Assembly: GCA_938091905.1 (NCBI GenBank)
Contig: CALKOM010000182.1
Coordinates: 1-20,631 of the forward strand
Direction of reading: 5' to 3'
DNA from: an uncultured Verrucomicrobiales bacterium
GTDB lineage: Bacteria > Verrucomicrobiota > Verrucomicrobiia > Verrucomicrobiales > DEV007
Length of the DNA stretch: 20,631 nt
Positions within the stretch are counted from its first letter, which is position 1, and each line of letters begins with the position of its first letter. Positions 9,346-16,847 of the stretch are shown here, one piece after another. Both the position numbers and the translations under genes were made by a program. The notes under the pieces were generated by a model. The model did no database searches and had not been told where the DNA came from. It saw only the letters and a list, made by a program, of their open reading frames with translations.

Positions 9346-9882
9346 ATGATTCTCTCCGACCAAGCTATCCGTGAATCCATCGATGCCGGTGACATCGTCA
9401 TCGAGCCTTACCGGGACGAGGCTCTTGGAACGAATAGCTACGATGTCCGCTTGGGTAAAGCGCTAGCGGTATACAAGGATGAGATCCTTGACGCCAAGAA
9501 ACACAACAAGATCACGCCGCTTGAGATTCCAGAAGAAGGCTATGTGCTCCTGCCAGGAAAGACCTACCTCGGGGTGACCTACGAATACACAGAGACCCAC
9601 AAACACGTGCCGTTTCTCGAGGGCAAATCGAGCGTCGGTCGCCTCGGTATCGACATTCATGCTACCGCTGGCAAAGGTGATGTCGGTTTCTGCAATCACT
9701 GGACCTTGGAGATCTCGGTCAACCAACCGGTTCGAGTCTATGAAGGCATGCCAATCGGTCAGCTCATCTACTTCGAAGTGCAAGGTGACGTGAAGACGCT
9801 TTACAGCGCCAAGGGTTCCGCCAAGTACAATGTCCGCTCGACCAAACCGATGGAGTCGATGATGTGGAAGAACAAGTTTTAG
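9346..9882 (+). CDS. dcd: dCTP deaminase
   Basis: ATG 9346 MILSDQAI, NSYDVRLG, LEGKSSVGRLGI, GDVGF..HWTLEI and GMPIGQLIYF. Confidence 0.95.
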   Translation: MILSDQAIRESIDAGDIVIEPYRDEALGTNSYDVRLGKALAVYKDEILDAKKHNKITPLEIPEEGYVLLPGKTYLGVTYEYTETHKHVPFLEGKSSVGRLGIDIHATAGKGDVGFCNHWTLEISVNQPVRVYEGMPIGQLIYFEVQGDVKTLYSAKGSAKYNVRSTKPMESMMWKNKF

Positions 9883-9933
9883 GAGGACGGAGCGGTAGGA
9901 CAGATTTCGATGGATGGCCAACGGCAGCTTGGC

Positions 9934-10250
9934 CTAAAGCTCCCGAACGAAGTCAACGCGAAGAAAGATTCGATCCAAGACGTTGAGATCGTCGTCTGAC
10001 CCAATCACCATCTCTTCAGTTTCAGCCATGGGATCGCTCGTTGTCTGATGAAGCAACGGCGACACAGCATTCCAAGTCTTCAAGTCGGTTGATTTCATCA
10101 ATTGATAACCGGCATCGACAGCATTCACCGATTGGCGGAGGCGCACAGACGGTCTTACTTCCCCCCCTGCGCGGCTCATTTGAACTGCCTCTATCAGAGG
10201 TTCGTTGGCGATTCGGGACTGCGATCCATCTGGTTCTGCTAGCCGTATGT
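9934..10250 (-). pseudogene. Orphan C-terminal remnant of a verrucomicrobial-type extracellular protein
   Basis: RLRQSVNAVDAGYQLMKSTDLKTWN...DRIFLRVDF resembles the Y.(V/L)..S.DL..W ... FLR(V/L) C-terminal module of such proteins. The frame is open upstream to a TAG near 10260, with no signal peptide or large N-terminal part. Confidence 0.5.
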
Positions 10251-10427
10251 GATGGGTAGACTAAGAAGAGTATATTCTTCGGACTTCATCGTGAGCTGAA
10301 TCCAAGAAGAGTACAAAGAAACAGCAGACGACTCGAGATGTCTAAATAGAACAGTATCTGGAAGCCATCATGAAGTGTTTGAATCGTTGGTGGTTACGAT
10401 ACTGCGGGACATCACCTGTATCGCTCA

Positions 10428-11021
10428 TTAGCCACGCGAGCGTTCTAGCATGACGAGCATCAGGTAAGAGAGCATCAGGCTGAGCTCTTCTTCACTGGTG
10501 AGGCTATCATCTAGCTTCTCCATAATGAACCTGCCCTCCCACATGGCGGGTTGCTTAGTGAGTCGCATGGCTTGTGTCCGGTTGGATCGTGTGGCCAGGT
10601 ATTTCGGATGAAAAAGATAACCTGTTAGCATGCCGAGCACGGGGATGGAACCGAATACTGAATCGCCAATCTTTGCCAGGGCGTTCTCTTCTTGGATATC
10701 GAAATCATGGCTTTCATCGGCGCCGACGAACGTTTCGTAGTGAGCCTTGAAGAGGGAGCGCATGCCTTTGCGGCCGACCGAGCCGAGGGCTGATCCGTCT
10801 GGAGACGTGAAATTGTAGCGGGCAGACCAATCGATCACCTTGTTTGCTTTGATGTCCGCGAGAGGAGTGGCTCGGGTCGCGTCCGTAAAGATCTGCACGT
10901 GCTCCTTGAGCTTGAACAGTTTTTGCTTCACGTAGAAGATGGTCTCTCCGCCCGCATCGGTGATCGTTACTTGAGGAGCGAGAGCAATCAGTTTGAACGA
11001 GAGCGTCAGGGGATATTGCAT
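10428..11021 (-). CDS. LURP-one / tubby-C-like (YxjI-like) protein
   Basis: ITDAGGETIFYVKQKLFKLKEHVQIFTD...LADIKA...YNF...G.ALGSVGRKGMRSLFKAHY pattern; 197 aa. Confidence 0.65.
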   Translation of the reverse strand: MQYPLTLSFKLIALAPQVTITDAGGETIFYVKQKLFKLKEHVQIFTDATRATPLADIKANKVIDWSARYNFTSPDGSALGSVGRKGMRSLFKAHYETFVGADESHDFDIQEENALAKIGDSVFGSIPVLGMLTGYLFHPKYLATRSNRTQAMRLTKQPAMWEGRFIMEKLDDSLTSEEELSLMLSYLMLVMLERSRG

Positions 11022-11294
11022 TTCGGATCCTGCCGCAGCTTAGGCCGATGAGCAAGCGTCAGGGCTTTGTGAAAAGAGGATCCTATGGGGAGTAGAGGCT
11101 GGGCAGCTGTGAGTTCGCTCTCGAGGTCCCAGATCCGCCAGGATTGCGAGTGTCTGCCATCTAAGTGTCCGTGGCTGGTGGCTACGGGGAGCTCCATGAT
11201 GAGCTTGGTTTTGGCCTGCTTTCGTGTGTAGCGGCCTCCCAGCTTTTCTAGTTGCCAAGCCTTCGCCACGCCGCTATCTAGACGCTTGATGAAT

Positions 11295-11367
11295 AGGTGA
11301 GTAGTTCAATTGGTAGAGCATCGGTTTCCAAAACCGAGGGTTGCAGGTTCGAGTCCTGTCTCACCTG
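11295..11367 (+). tRNA. tRNA-Trp, anticodon CCA (11328-11330); no encoded 3' CCA
   Basis: Cloverleaf: acceptor AGGTGAG/CTCACCT, D-arm GTTC..GAGC, anticodon arm TCGGT-TTCCAAA-ACCGA, T-arm GCAGG-TTCGAGT-CCTGT and discriminator G. Confidence 0.97.
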
Positions 11368-11405
11368 CTCCAGCCTTCCCCTTAAAAATAAGGAGAAACA
11401 CTGCA

Positions 11406-11418
11406 AATCAAGGGGTTA
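11406..11418 (+). promoter_or_regulatory. IHF-consensus site in the attL arm
   Basis: AATCAAGGGGTTA matches WATCAANNNNTTR exactly, 38 bp inside attL. Confidence 0.55.
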
Positions 11419-11535
11419 CGCCAGCTCCAAGCAGGGCAGGGCATTGAAGGCAGACTAACCGCGTATAGCCTAATACATCGCCGTTTTATGCGAAAATGTG
11501 CGACAAATCTGCGATAGGTTTTGGCGTTAGGGTGG

Positions 11536-11632
11536 GGGATTCCCGCTAATCAGGGCCGGGAAGGATATAATGGAATGTTCCATCTTCTGATCAAGGATGC
11601 CGTCGCCACCGGATAGTGGGATTCCCGCTATC
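11536..11632. repeat. Pair of palindromic GGGATTCCCGCTA sites around a TATAAT box
   Basis: 13-bp copies at 11536-11548 and 11618-11630; the second sits in the near-perfect palindrome GATAGTGGGA-T-TCCCGCTATC. TATAAT is at 11566-11571 and ATGGAA-TG-TTCCAT at 11570-11583. Confidence 0.7.
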
Positions 11633-11701
11633 TCCCATCTCCCCTCAATGGCCGCCTGGATACAATGACCGAATCATCATGTAGCCGGTCGATTGTACAA
11701 C

Positions 11702-11766
11702 ATACGTGGCGACATGGGGCAGGATCAGGCCGGAGGGATACGCGGCGACCTGGAGGAGGATCAGGC
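11702..11766 (+). repeat. Imperfect tandem repeat, period 36 bp
   Basis: ATACGTGGCGACATGGGGCAGGATCAGGC (11702) versus ATACGCGGCGACCTGGAGGAGGATCAGGC (11738), 25/29 identical. Confidence 0.75.
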
Positions 11767-12340
11767 ACCACGCGCAGGAAAACGAAGATGACATTGGAAA
11801 CTTTGTTTCTCAGGCTGGATTCCAGAAGGCCAAGAAAGAGGGCGAAATCAATTTGAAAACGCCCGATTCCTCCAAGCCCTCAACCACAGGGCCAGAGCAG
11901 TCGAGCCTCTCTCGTGCTGTCTAAGCATAGCGTATCCCCCCAAGGTCCAGCCACTCAAGGCAACTACTGCAATGCGCATAGGAGCCAGCACACGAGCACG
12001 TTTTTATGATAGTGTAGTGTTATGGTTGCGATGCAGGGCGGATGGCAGGAATGCTAGGCGTTGTGTGATAGTGGCAGGGTCCGGGTGTAAGGAATCTTTT
12101 AGGGAAAGTGCCAGTTAGGTAGGTTTTCCCGCCGCCGAGCACGCGTCACGATTTCCTCTCACTCAATAACTAGCACTATCTCATTCTGCTTGAGCTTTCT
12201 GCGGAGAGCTTGCCGACATCGGGGTTAGCAGGTCTTGGCATCGCGGCGAGGGGCCTTGAACGGTTCGCCACAATTGCGACTGGTCAACCATTACCTTATC
12301 ATGCTTGACCTCCTGCGCCTCCACGCGCCCACGGGCAGAT

Positions 12341-12448
12341 CAGGCGAAGTTTGTCTGCGATGGATGCGGGGCGACCATGAGAGGGAAGGCAGACCTAGGG
12401 GCGTTTGTCCACAGCGAGTGCGGCGGCACGTTAGCGGTCGAAGAATAG
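12341..12448 (+). pseudogene. Zinc-ribbon C-terminal remnant, SprT-like
   Basis: My translation QAKFVCDGCGATMRGKADLGAFVHSECGGTLAVEE* has CxxC...HxxC and resembles the K(Y/F).C..CG....GK..L...C C-terminus of mobile-element SprT-like proteins. Upstream frames look broken. Confidence 0.45.
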
Positions 12449-12559
12449 ACCACACAAATGGTCAAAGATTGGTGACTCTTATGAAACTGGACCAGCGATC
12501 CTTGCTGTAAGTCGTTGATTTTCATCTATTTCCTTCCCCGGGCGCGCCCGGGAGGTGGG

Positions 12560-12625
12560 CTGCTAGGAAATTGCTTTTCGTCCATGGGATCAGATTCGCC
12601 GCATTGCTAGGGATAGGGGGTCCAA
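12560..12625 (+). repeat. Direct repeat copy R1 (left boundary of the captured EPS fragment)
   Basis: CTGCTAGGAAATTGCTTTTCGTCCATGGGATCAGATTCGCCGCATTGCTAGGGATAGG is 54/58 identical to 15321-15378, and the match extends to GGGGGT(C/T)CAA across a 3-nt indel. Confidence 0.92.
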
Positions 12626-12626
12626 C

Positions 12627-12812
12627 GACCAGATTGCGGTGTTTGCCAAGAAGCAGCAGTCTTTGCCCGAGATTGACCTGAGCGCCCTGAAGCTGCTTGT
12701 GGATGGCTATGATCGGGAAGCGCTCCGGGATTTTTGTCGGTCTGCGATTCCGGAGCATCTCTTGGATGTCGAACGTGATGAAGATGGGCTTGAGGATAGG
12801 AGTTCGGTTTAG
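12627..12812 (+). pseudogene. 3' fragment of a probable CapD/PglF-type polysaccharide biosynthesis protein
   Basis: DQIAVFAKKQQSLPEIDLSALKLLVDGYDREALRDFCRSAIPEHLLDVERDEDGLEDRSSV* resembles the CapD C-terminus (I.V.K...L..L....D.E.LR.....(I/V)PE). It begins right after R1. Confidence 0.55.
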
Positions 12813-13095
12813 AAGGATGAGGGAGGTGTGTCTTTGGCCGAGGAGTCTGTGCTGAGGTCCGAGGACAATCCTGAGAGTCGGGGGCTGAGGCGGTGTTGGG
12901 CCTGCACAAAGGCACCAAGACACAAAGGGTTGTGGGAAGAGCGGGCTCTGTTTGAGATCTTTGAGGAGAGAATCGTCAATTGTTCGGCTTTTTTTTGAAA
13001 TTCCGTGTGTTTATGTGAGGGCGAGCAATGTCTCCTGAATGGCCGGGCTCTCGTCACTTGCATTGGGGCGGGTTGTTTGTAAGGTTTCTGGGGTG

Positions 13096-13554
13096 ATGGC
13101 GATTGATAAGTGGCGTTGGTTGGTGCTGGGAGTGTCGATGATCGTGATTCTGACGGCGTCTTGGGTGCCTGATTCTCGGATGGCGATCTTATGGCGGATT
13201 CCTGAGCCGATTGGTCTTTGGGCTGATGAGAACTCGACTCTTCGGACGGGAGTTGCTTTCTTTGGCGGAACCCTTTTGGCGGTGTGCCTATTTGGGGGTG
13301 ATGCCCGGTTGCCGAGAGGGGCGATGTTGATCCAGGGGGCGGCGTTCGCCTGTTTGCTAAGTGCGGAGGTGGGGCAGCACTGGATTCCAAATCGGACGTT
13401 TTCTCTTTTCGATCTTTTTTGGGGTTGTCTCGGAATTGGGTTAGGTTATCCCTTGGGGCTCGGGATGGTTTGGCTGAGCGACAGTTGCTGGTCTCTAGTG
13501 AAAGGGCAGGGGAGGTGCCATGGAGGGCATCCGTTTCTGCGCTGCCAAGACTGA
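13096..13554 (+). CDS. VanZ-like membrane protein
   Basis: Four hydrophobic segments and AEVGQHWIPNRTFSLFDLFWGCLG (E..Q..IP.R....D...G motif). The start at ATG 13096 is uncertain. Confidence 0.75.
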   Translation: MAIDKWRWLVLGVSMIVILTASWVPDSRMAILWRIPEPIGLWADENSTLRTGVAFFGGTLLAVCLFGGDARLPRGAMLIQGAAFACLLSAEVGQHWIPNRTFSLFDLFWGCLGIGLGYPLGLGMVWLSDSCWSLVKGQGRCHGGHPFLRCQD

Positions 13555-15016
13555 TCCACAAGGTGGCATGTTTCATCGTTTTAGACATTCGTTCAATTCG
13601 GCACGCGAGGTTGTCTGGCCCGCTTTGGTGGGAGCGGGGCCCTATGTGTTGGCTTGCTTGGCCATCGGTGTAATCGCTTGGTTTGTGTGGCAAGGCGGGG
13701 CTTCTTTAGGTGAGAACCCCAGCGGTGAGCCGAGCGAGAAGAATTTGGCGGCTCGCGATCTCTATGTTGCTGCCGAAGCGCTTGCCAATGAGGAGGATAT
13801 GGAGGGGGCCCGGAAGGCTATGGAAGAACTGGCTCCGCTGGAGAGTGGTGGCGATGTTCGTGCGCATTGGTGGCTGGCCAAGGATTTGCTGACCCGCGGC
13901 AAGGATGCTGATGGGGAGAAAACGAAAGCTAGTAAGGGAGCGGCTCTGTCCGGGGCAACGTCCCACCTCGAAGAGGTCGTCGAGCGCGATGAGGCGAACA
14001 CGGAGGCTATTGCCCTGCTGGCTCAGGCCTATGTGTTGTCTAGAGATCTCCCGTCTGCCTTCAGGCTGATCGATGAAAAGGGCAGCGCGCTGCCTCAGTT
14101 GCATTTGATGGGCGCAGACTTGGCGGCGGGTTTGGGGGATCGGAGGCGCCGAGACAGGTACGGTGTGGCGGCATCCGCTCACTTTAAGCGTGTCTGTAGC
14201 GATCCTGACCTCGAGGGCGCCGCACGACAGCAGGCTCGGTTTCGGTGGGCTTGGGCAGAATTGGCATTGGAGAACTTCGGGGAGGCTCGGGAGATCATCA
14301 GAGAATCTCTCTCGGGGCAACCTAATGACCAAGAGAAACGGTCGTGGGAGCTACTCCTATTGCAAAGTTGGTTGGGGCTCATTCAGGCGGAGCTCGCAGC
14401 AGGGAGTGGGGATTCGGAAGTCATCGTCCTGCTTGAAGAAGCGGCTGGAGAACTTGGATGCCGACGGGAACTGGTCGAGGTCGCGGGAGCCGTGGCCTCT
14501 CGTTCAGGGAACACACTGGGAGTCGAGCTGGGGCTATTTTACGAACGCATGGCAGAGAATGAGGGAGATTTGGCGGAGGAAGTCGCGTTGGGATCTCTTG
14601 CGCTTGCCCTCGACCGGACCGATGACGGGTTGGCACATCTTGAGCGAGCGATTTCGTGGGATCCGGAACACGTGGTCGCCCTCAACAACTTGAGTTACGG
14701 CTTGGCATTTCTCGTTCAACCTCCCGAGATTGAGCGAGCACTTGAGTTGATCGATCGAGCGGTTGCTGCCGGTCGTGGAGGCGGTCAACTTCCGTTCAAC
14801 TGCTGGGAGACACGTGGGCAGGTCCTGGCGAAAGCGGAACGCTGGGCCGAGGCTGTCCCAAATCTTGAACGAGCATTGAATGGGATGCGGGGGCACATTG
14901 GGATTCACCGGACATTGGCTCAGGCCTATGATGCCTTGGGCCAAGCGGCGCTCGCCGAACAGCATGGCAAGATGGTTCGAGACCTTGAAAATCCCGATCC
15001 GAAGACTGATCCATGA
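13520..15016 (+). CDS. Membrane-anchored tetratricopeptide-repeat protein of an EPS/exosortase locus
   Basis: N-terminal TM segment and TPR-like helices (HLERAISWDPEHVVALNNLSY, ETRGQVLAKAERWAEAVPNLERAL, IHRTLAQAYDALG). Its stop overlaps the next ATG (ATGA at 15013-15016). An alternative start lies at 13568. Confidence 0.85.
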   Translation: MEGIRFCAAKTDPQGGMFHRFRHSFNSAREVVWPALVGAGPYVLACLAIGVIAWFVWQGGASLGENPSGEPSEKNLAARDLYVAAEALANEEDMEGARKAMEELAPLESGGDVRAHWWLAKDLLTRGKDADGEKTKASKGAALSGATSHLEEVVERDEANTEAIALLAQAYVLSRDLPSAFRLIDEKGSALPQLHLMGADLAAGLGDRRRRDRYGVAASAHFKRVCSDPDLEGAARQQARFRWAWAELALENFGEAREIIRESLSGQPNDQEKRSWELLLLQSWLGLIQAELAAGSGDSEVIVLLEEAAGELGCRRELVEVAGAVASRSGNTLGVELGLFYERMAENEGDLAEEVALGSLALALDRTDDGLAHLERAISWDPEHVVALNNLSYGLAFLVQPPEIERALELIDRAVAAGRGGGQLPFNCWETRGQVLAKAERWAEAVPNLERALNGMRGHIGIHRTLAQAYDALGQAALAEQHGKMVRDLENPDPKTDP

Positions 15017-15320
15017 GCGAGGCGAAGCCATCACCTGAAATGGATGATATAGCTGGTGTTCAAACGGGGGGGGGGCATGGGGCGGAAAACCGTGTTTTGG
15101 TGAGACAGTCTCCAGATCTTTGGTTGGGATTACTCGCTGTATTAGCCGCCGCCCCTTTGGTCCTGCGCTACCTCGGACGCTTGTGGGGTGAGGAACACTA
15201 TCAATATTTCCCCTTGCTTGATTGGAGTGATCGGTTGGCTTGGCTGGTCGAGGTGGCATGAGGCGCCCCCTGCGAGGAAGCTTCTTCGCAAAGGCGTGGC
15301 TTCGATGCTCGGTTTGCCGA
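15013..15320 (+). pseudogene. 5' fragment of an exosortase, frameshifted and truncated
   Basis: TM segment then LWGEEHYQYFP, resembling an exosortase N-terminal motif. After a frameshift near 15215 it continues LIGVIGWLGWSRWHEAPP and stops at repeat R2. No catalytic Cys/Arg region is present. Confidence 0.65.
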
Positions 15321-15389
15321 CTGCTAGGAAATTGCTTTTCGTCCGTGGGGTCAGATTCGCCGTATTACTAGGGATAGGAGGGGGTTCAA
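15321..15389 (+). repeat. Direct repeat copy R2 (right boundary of the captured EPS fragment)
   Basis: CTGCTAGGAAATTGCTTTTCGTCCGTGGGGTCAGATTCGCCGTATTACTAGGGATAGG differs from R1 by 4 transitions. Confidence 0.92.
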
Positions 15390-15593
15390 TAGCATGACCC
15401 TACTCGAACAGGCCATCACTGATCTGTGGAATCGCTAGGGGTCGGGAGAACCGGCTTACCGAGCCCGCGCCAGTTGTCAGGTTCCGAGACGCCGGGAATG
15501 TAAACGTCGGTATACCTGTGCGTGTCCTCGGTAATATGAGTTAAGGCAATGATAGAGCTGGGGTAGCGCGATATAAATGAGCAGTCATGATCG

Positions 15594-16809
15594 CGTAGTG
15601 TCCAGAAATTCGATTGCGGCGTAAGTTGTTGACCTTCAATCGGTTGCGGACTCAATGGGGATGGGATTTCGAGCTGTATTTCTTCGGTTTGGGACGGCAA
15701 GAATCGGAAATGGACGTGTTCAGACTGGTAATGGTGTCTCTGGCAGGCTGGGTGAACCAGCAACAAGAGCACGTGATCGACTACTTGCAGGAGGAGATCC
15801 GAGTTTTGAAGGAGCAGCGTGGCGGAAAGCGAGTGAGATTCACCGACGATCAAAGATGCCGCCTGGCCCGGAAGGCCAAACGAATTGGCGGCGGTCGATT
15901 GAAAGAGATTGCGGGAGTGGTGACGCCCCAAACATTGCTCGCTTGGCATCGGAAGCTGATCGCGAAGAAATACGATTCGAGCGGGAAGAGAAGGGGAGCG
16001 GGACGCCCACCGACCAAAGACGAGCTTAGCCGCCTTGTGGTGAAGATGGCGGAGGAGAATCCAGGATGGGGCTATACGAGACTGCGAGGAGCCTTGGCGA
16101 ATCTAGGCCATGAAATTGGTCGAGGAACCATTGCCGAGATTTTAAAACAGTCAGGAATGGAGCCAGCCCCGGAGAGGGACAAGAAAAGAACCTGGGGGGA
16201 GTTCCTGAGAACGCACTGGGAAGTCATGGGAGCCACAGACTTCTTTACGGTGGAAGTGTGGACGCTTGGAGGACTGGTGCGCTATCATGTGCTCTTCGTG
16301 ATTCGGCTTTCGAGTCGGAAGGTGAACATTGCAGGGATCATCCCGGAGCCGAACGGAGAGTGGATGAAACAGGTGGCGCGAAACCTAACAGACTGTGATG
16401 GTGGGTTTCTTCTTGGGTGTCGCTATTTGATTCATGACCGAGCGACGCTGTTTACAGGTGAATTCGAGAGAATGCTGAAAGAGATGGGAGTGAAGTCAGT
16501 GCGATTGCCGGCGCGCTCACCGAACTTGAATGCGTTCGCAGAGCGCTTCGTAAGAACGATAAAGTCGGAGTGTCTGGAGAGAATGATTCTGATAGGGGAG
16601 AGGTCATTGAGGCGAGCAGTTGGGCAGTTTTGCGAGCATTATCATGGGGAGAGGAACCACCAAGGATTGGAGAACAGGATTATTGAGGCCGAGTTTACTT
16701 CGACAAGCGAAGGGAGCGTGGAATGTCGCGAGCGGCTTGGTGGATTGCTTCGCTACTACTACCGGAAGGCCGCATGATTGCAGGGCGATTCGAATTTCCG
16801 GACACTACG
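15594..16809 (+). mobile_element. Insertion sequence, 1,216 bp, DDE/rve type (IS481/IS3-like), with 20-bp terminal inverted repeats
   Basis: Left end CGTAGTGTCCAGAAATTCGA (15594-15613) and right end TCGAATTTCCGGACACTACG (16790-16809) match at 19/20. No flanking direct repeat is visible. Confidence 0.88.
15710..16777 (+). CDS. Transposase with HTH and integrase-core (rve) domains
   Basis: [28 protein letters not shown], and DDE residues in [13 protein letters not shown] and [15 protein letters not shown] 15710 chosen as the start. Confidence 0.92.
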   Translation: MDVFRLVMVSLAGWVNQQQEHVIDYLQEEIRVLKEQRGGKRVRFTDDQRCRLARKAKRIGGGRLKEIAGVVTPQTLLAWHRKLIAKKYDSSGKRRGAGRPPTKDELSRLVVKMAEENPGWGYTRLRGALANLGHEIGRGTIAEILKQSGMEPAPERDKKRTWGEFLRTHWEVMGATDFFTVEVWTLGGLVRYHVLFVIRLSSRKVNIAGIIPEPNGEWMKQVARNLTDCDGGFLLGCRYLIHDRATLFTGEFERMLKEMGVKSVRLPARSPNLNAFAERFVRTIKSECLERMILIGERSLRRAVGQFCEHYHGERNHQGLENRIIEAEFTSTSEGSVECRERLGGLLRYYYRKAA

Positions 16810-16847
16810 GGACTTCAATTAGCAAAGGAATTTGGTCTTCGGGCGTG

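Noticed and set aside
11006..11269. Short minus-strand ORFs upstream of the tRNA
   Set aside because: No recognisable family or RBS, and they overlap the divergent promoter region; a relic cannot be excluded.
11536..11766. CRISPR array from the 13-bp and 29-bp repeats
   Set aside because: Only two copies of each, no regular repeat-spacer pattern and no cas genes.
12522..14636. Long minus-strand ORFs (12809-13693, 13706-14332, 12522-12923)
   Set aside because: They are Pro/Ser/Arg-rich antisense shadows of G-rich plus-strand genes with no recognisable motifs.
12560..15389. Integron cassette with attC sites
   Set aside because: R1/R2 lack RYYYAAC...GTTRRRY ends and long dyad symmetry, the cargo is cut mid-gene, and I see no IntI-like features in the integrase.
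15394..15438. 14-codon ORF MTLLEQAITDLWNR after GGAGG in R2
   Set aside because: Too short to support, with no equivalent after R1.
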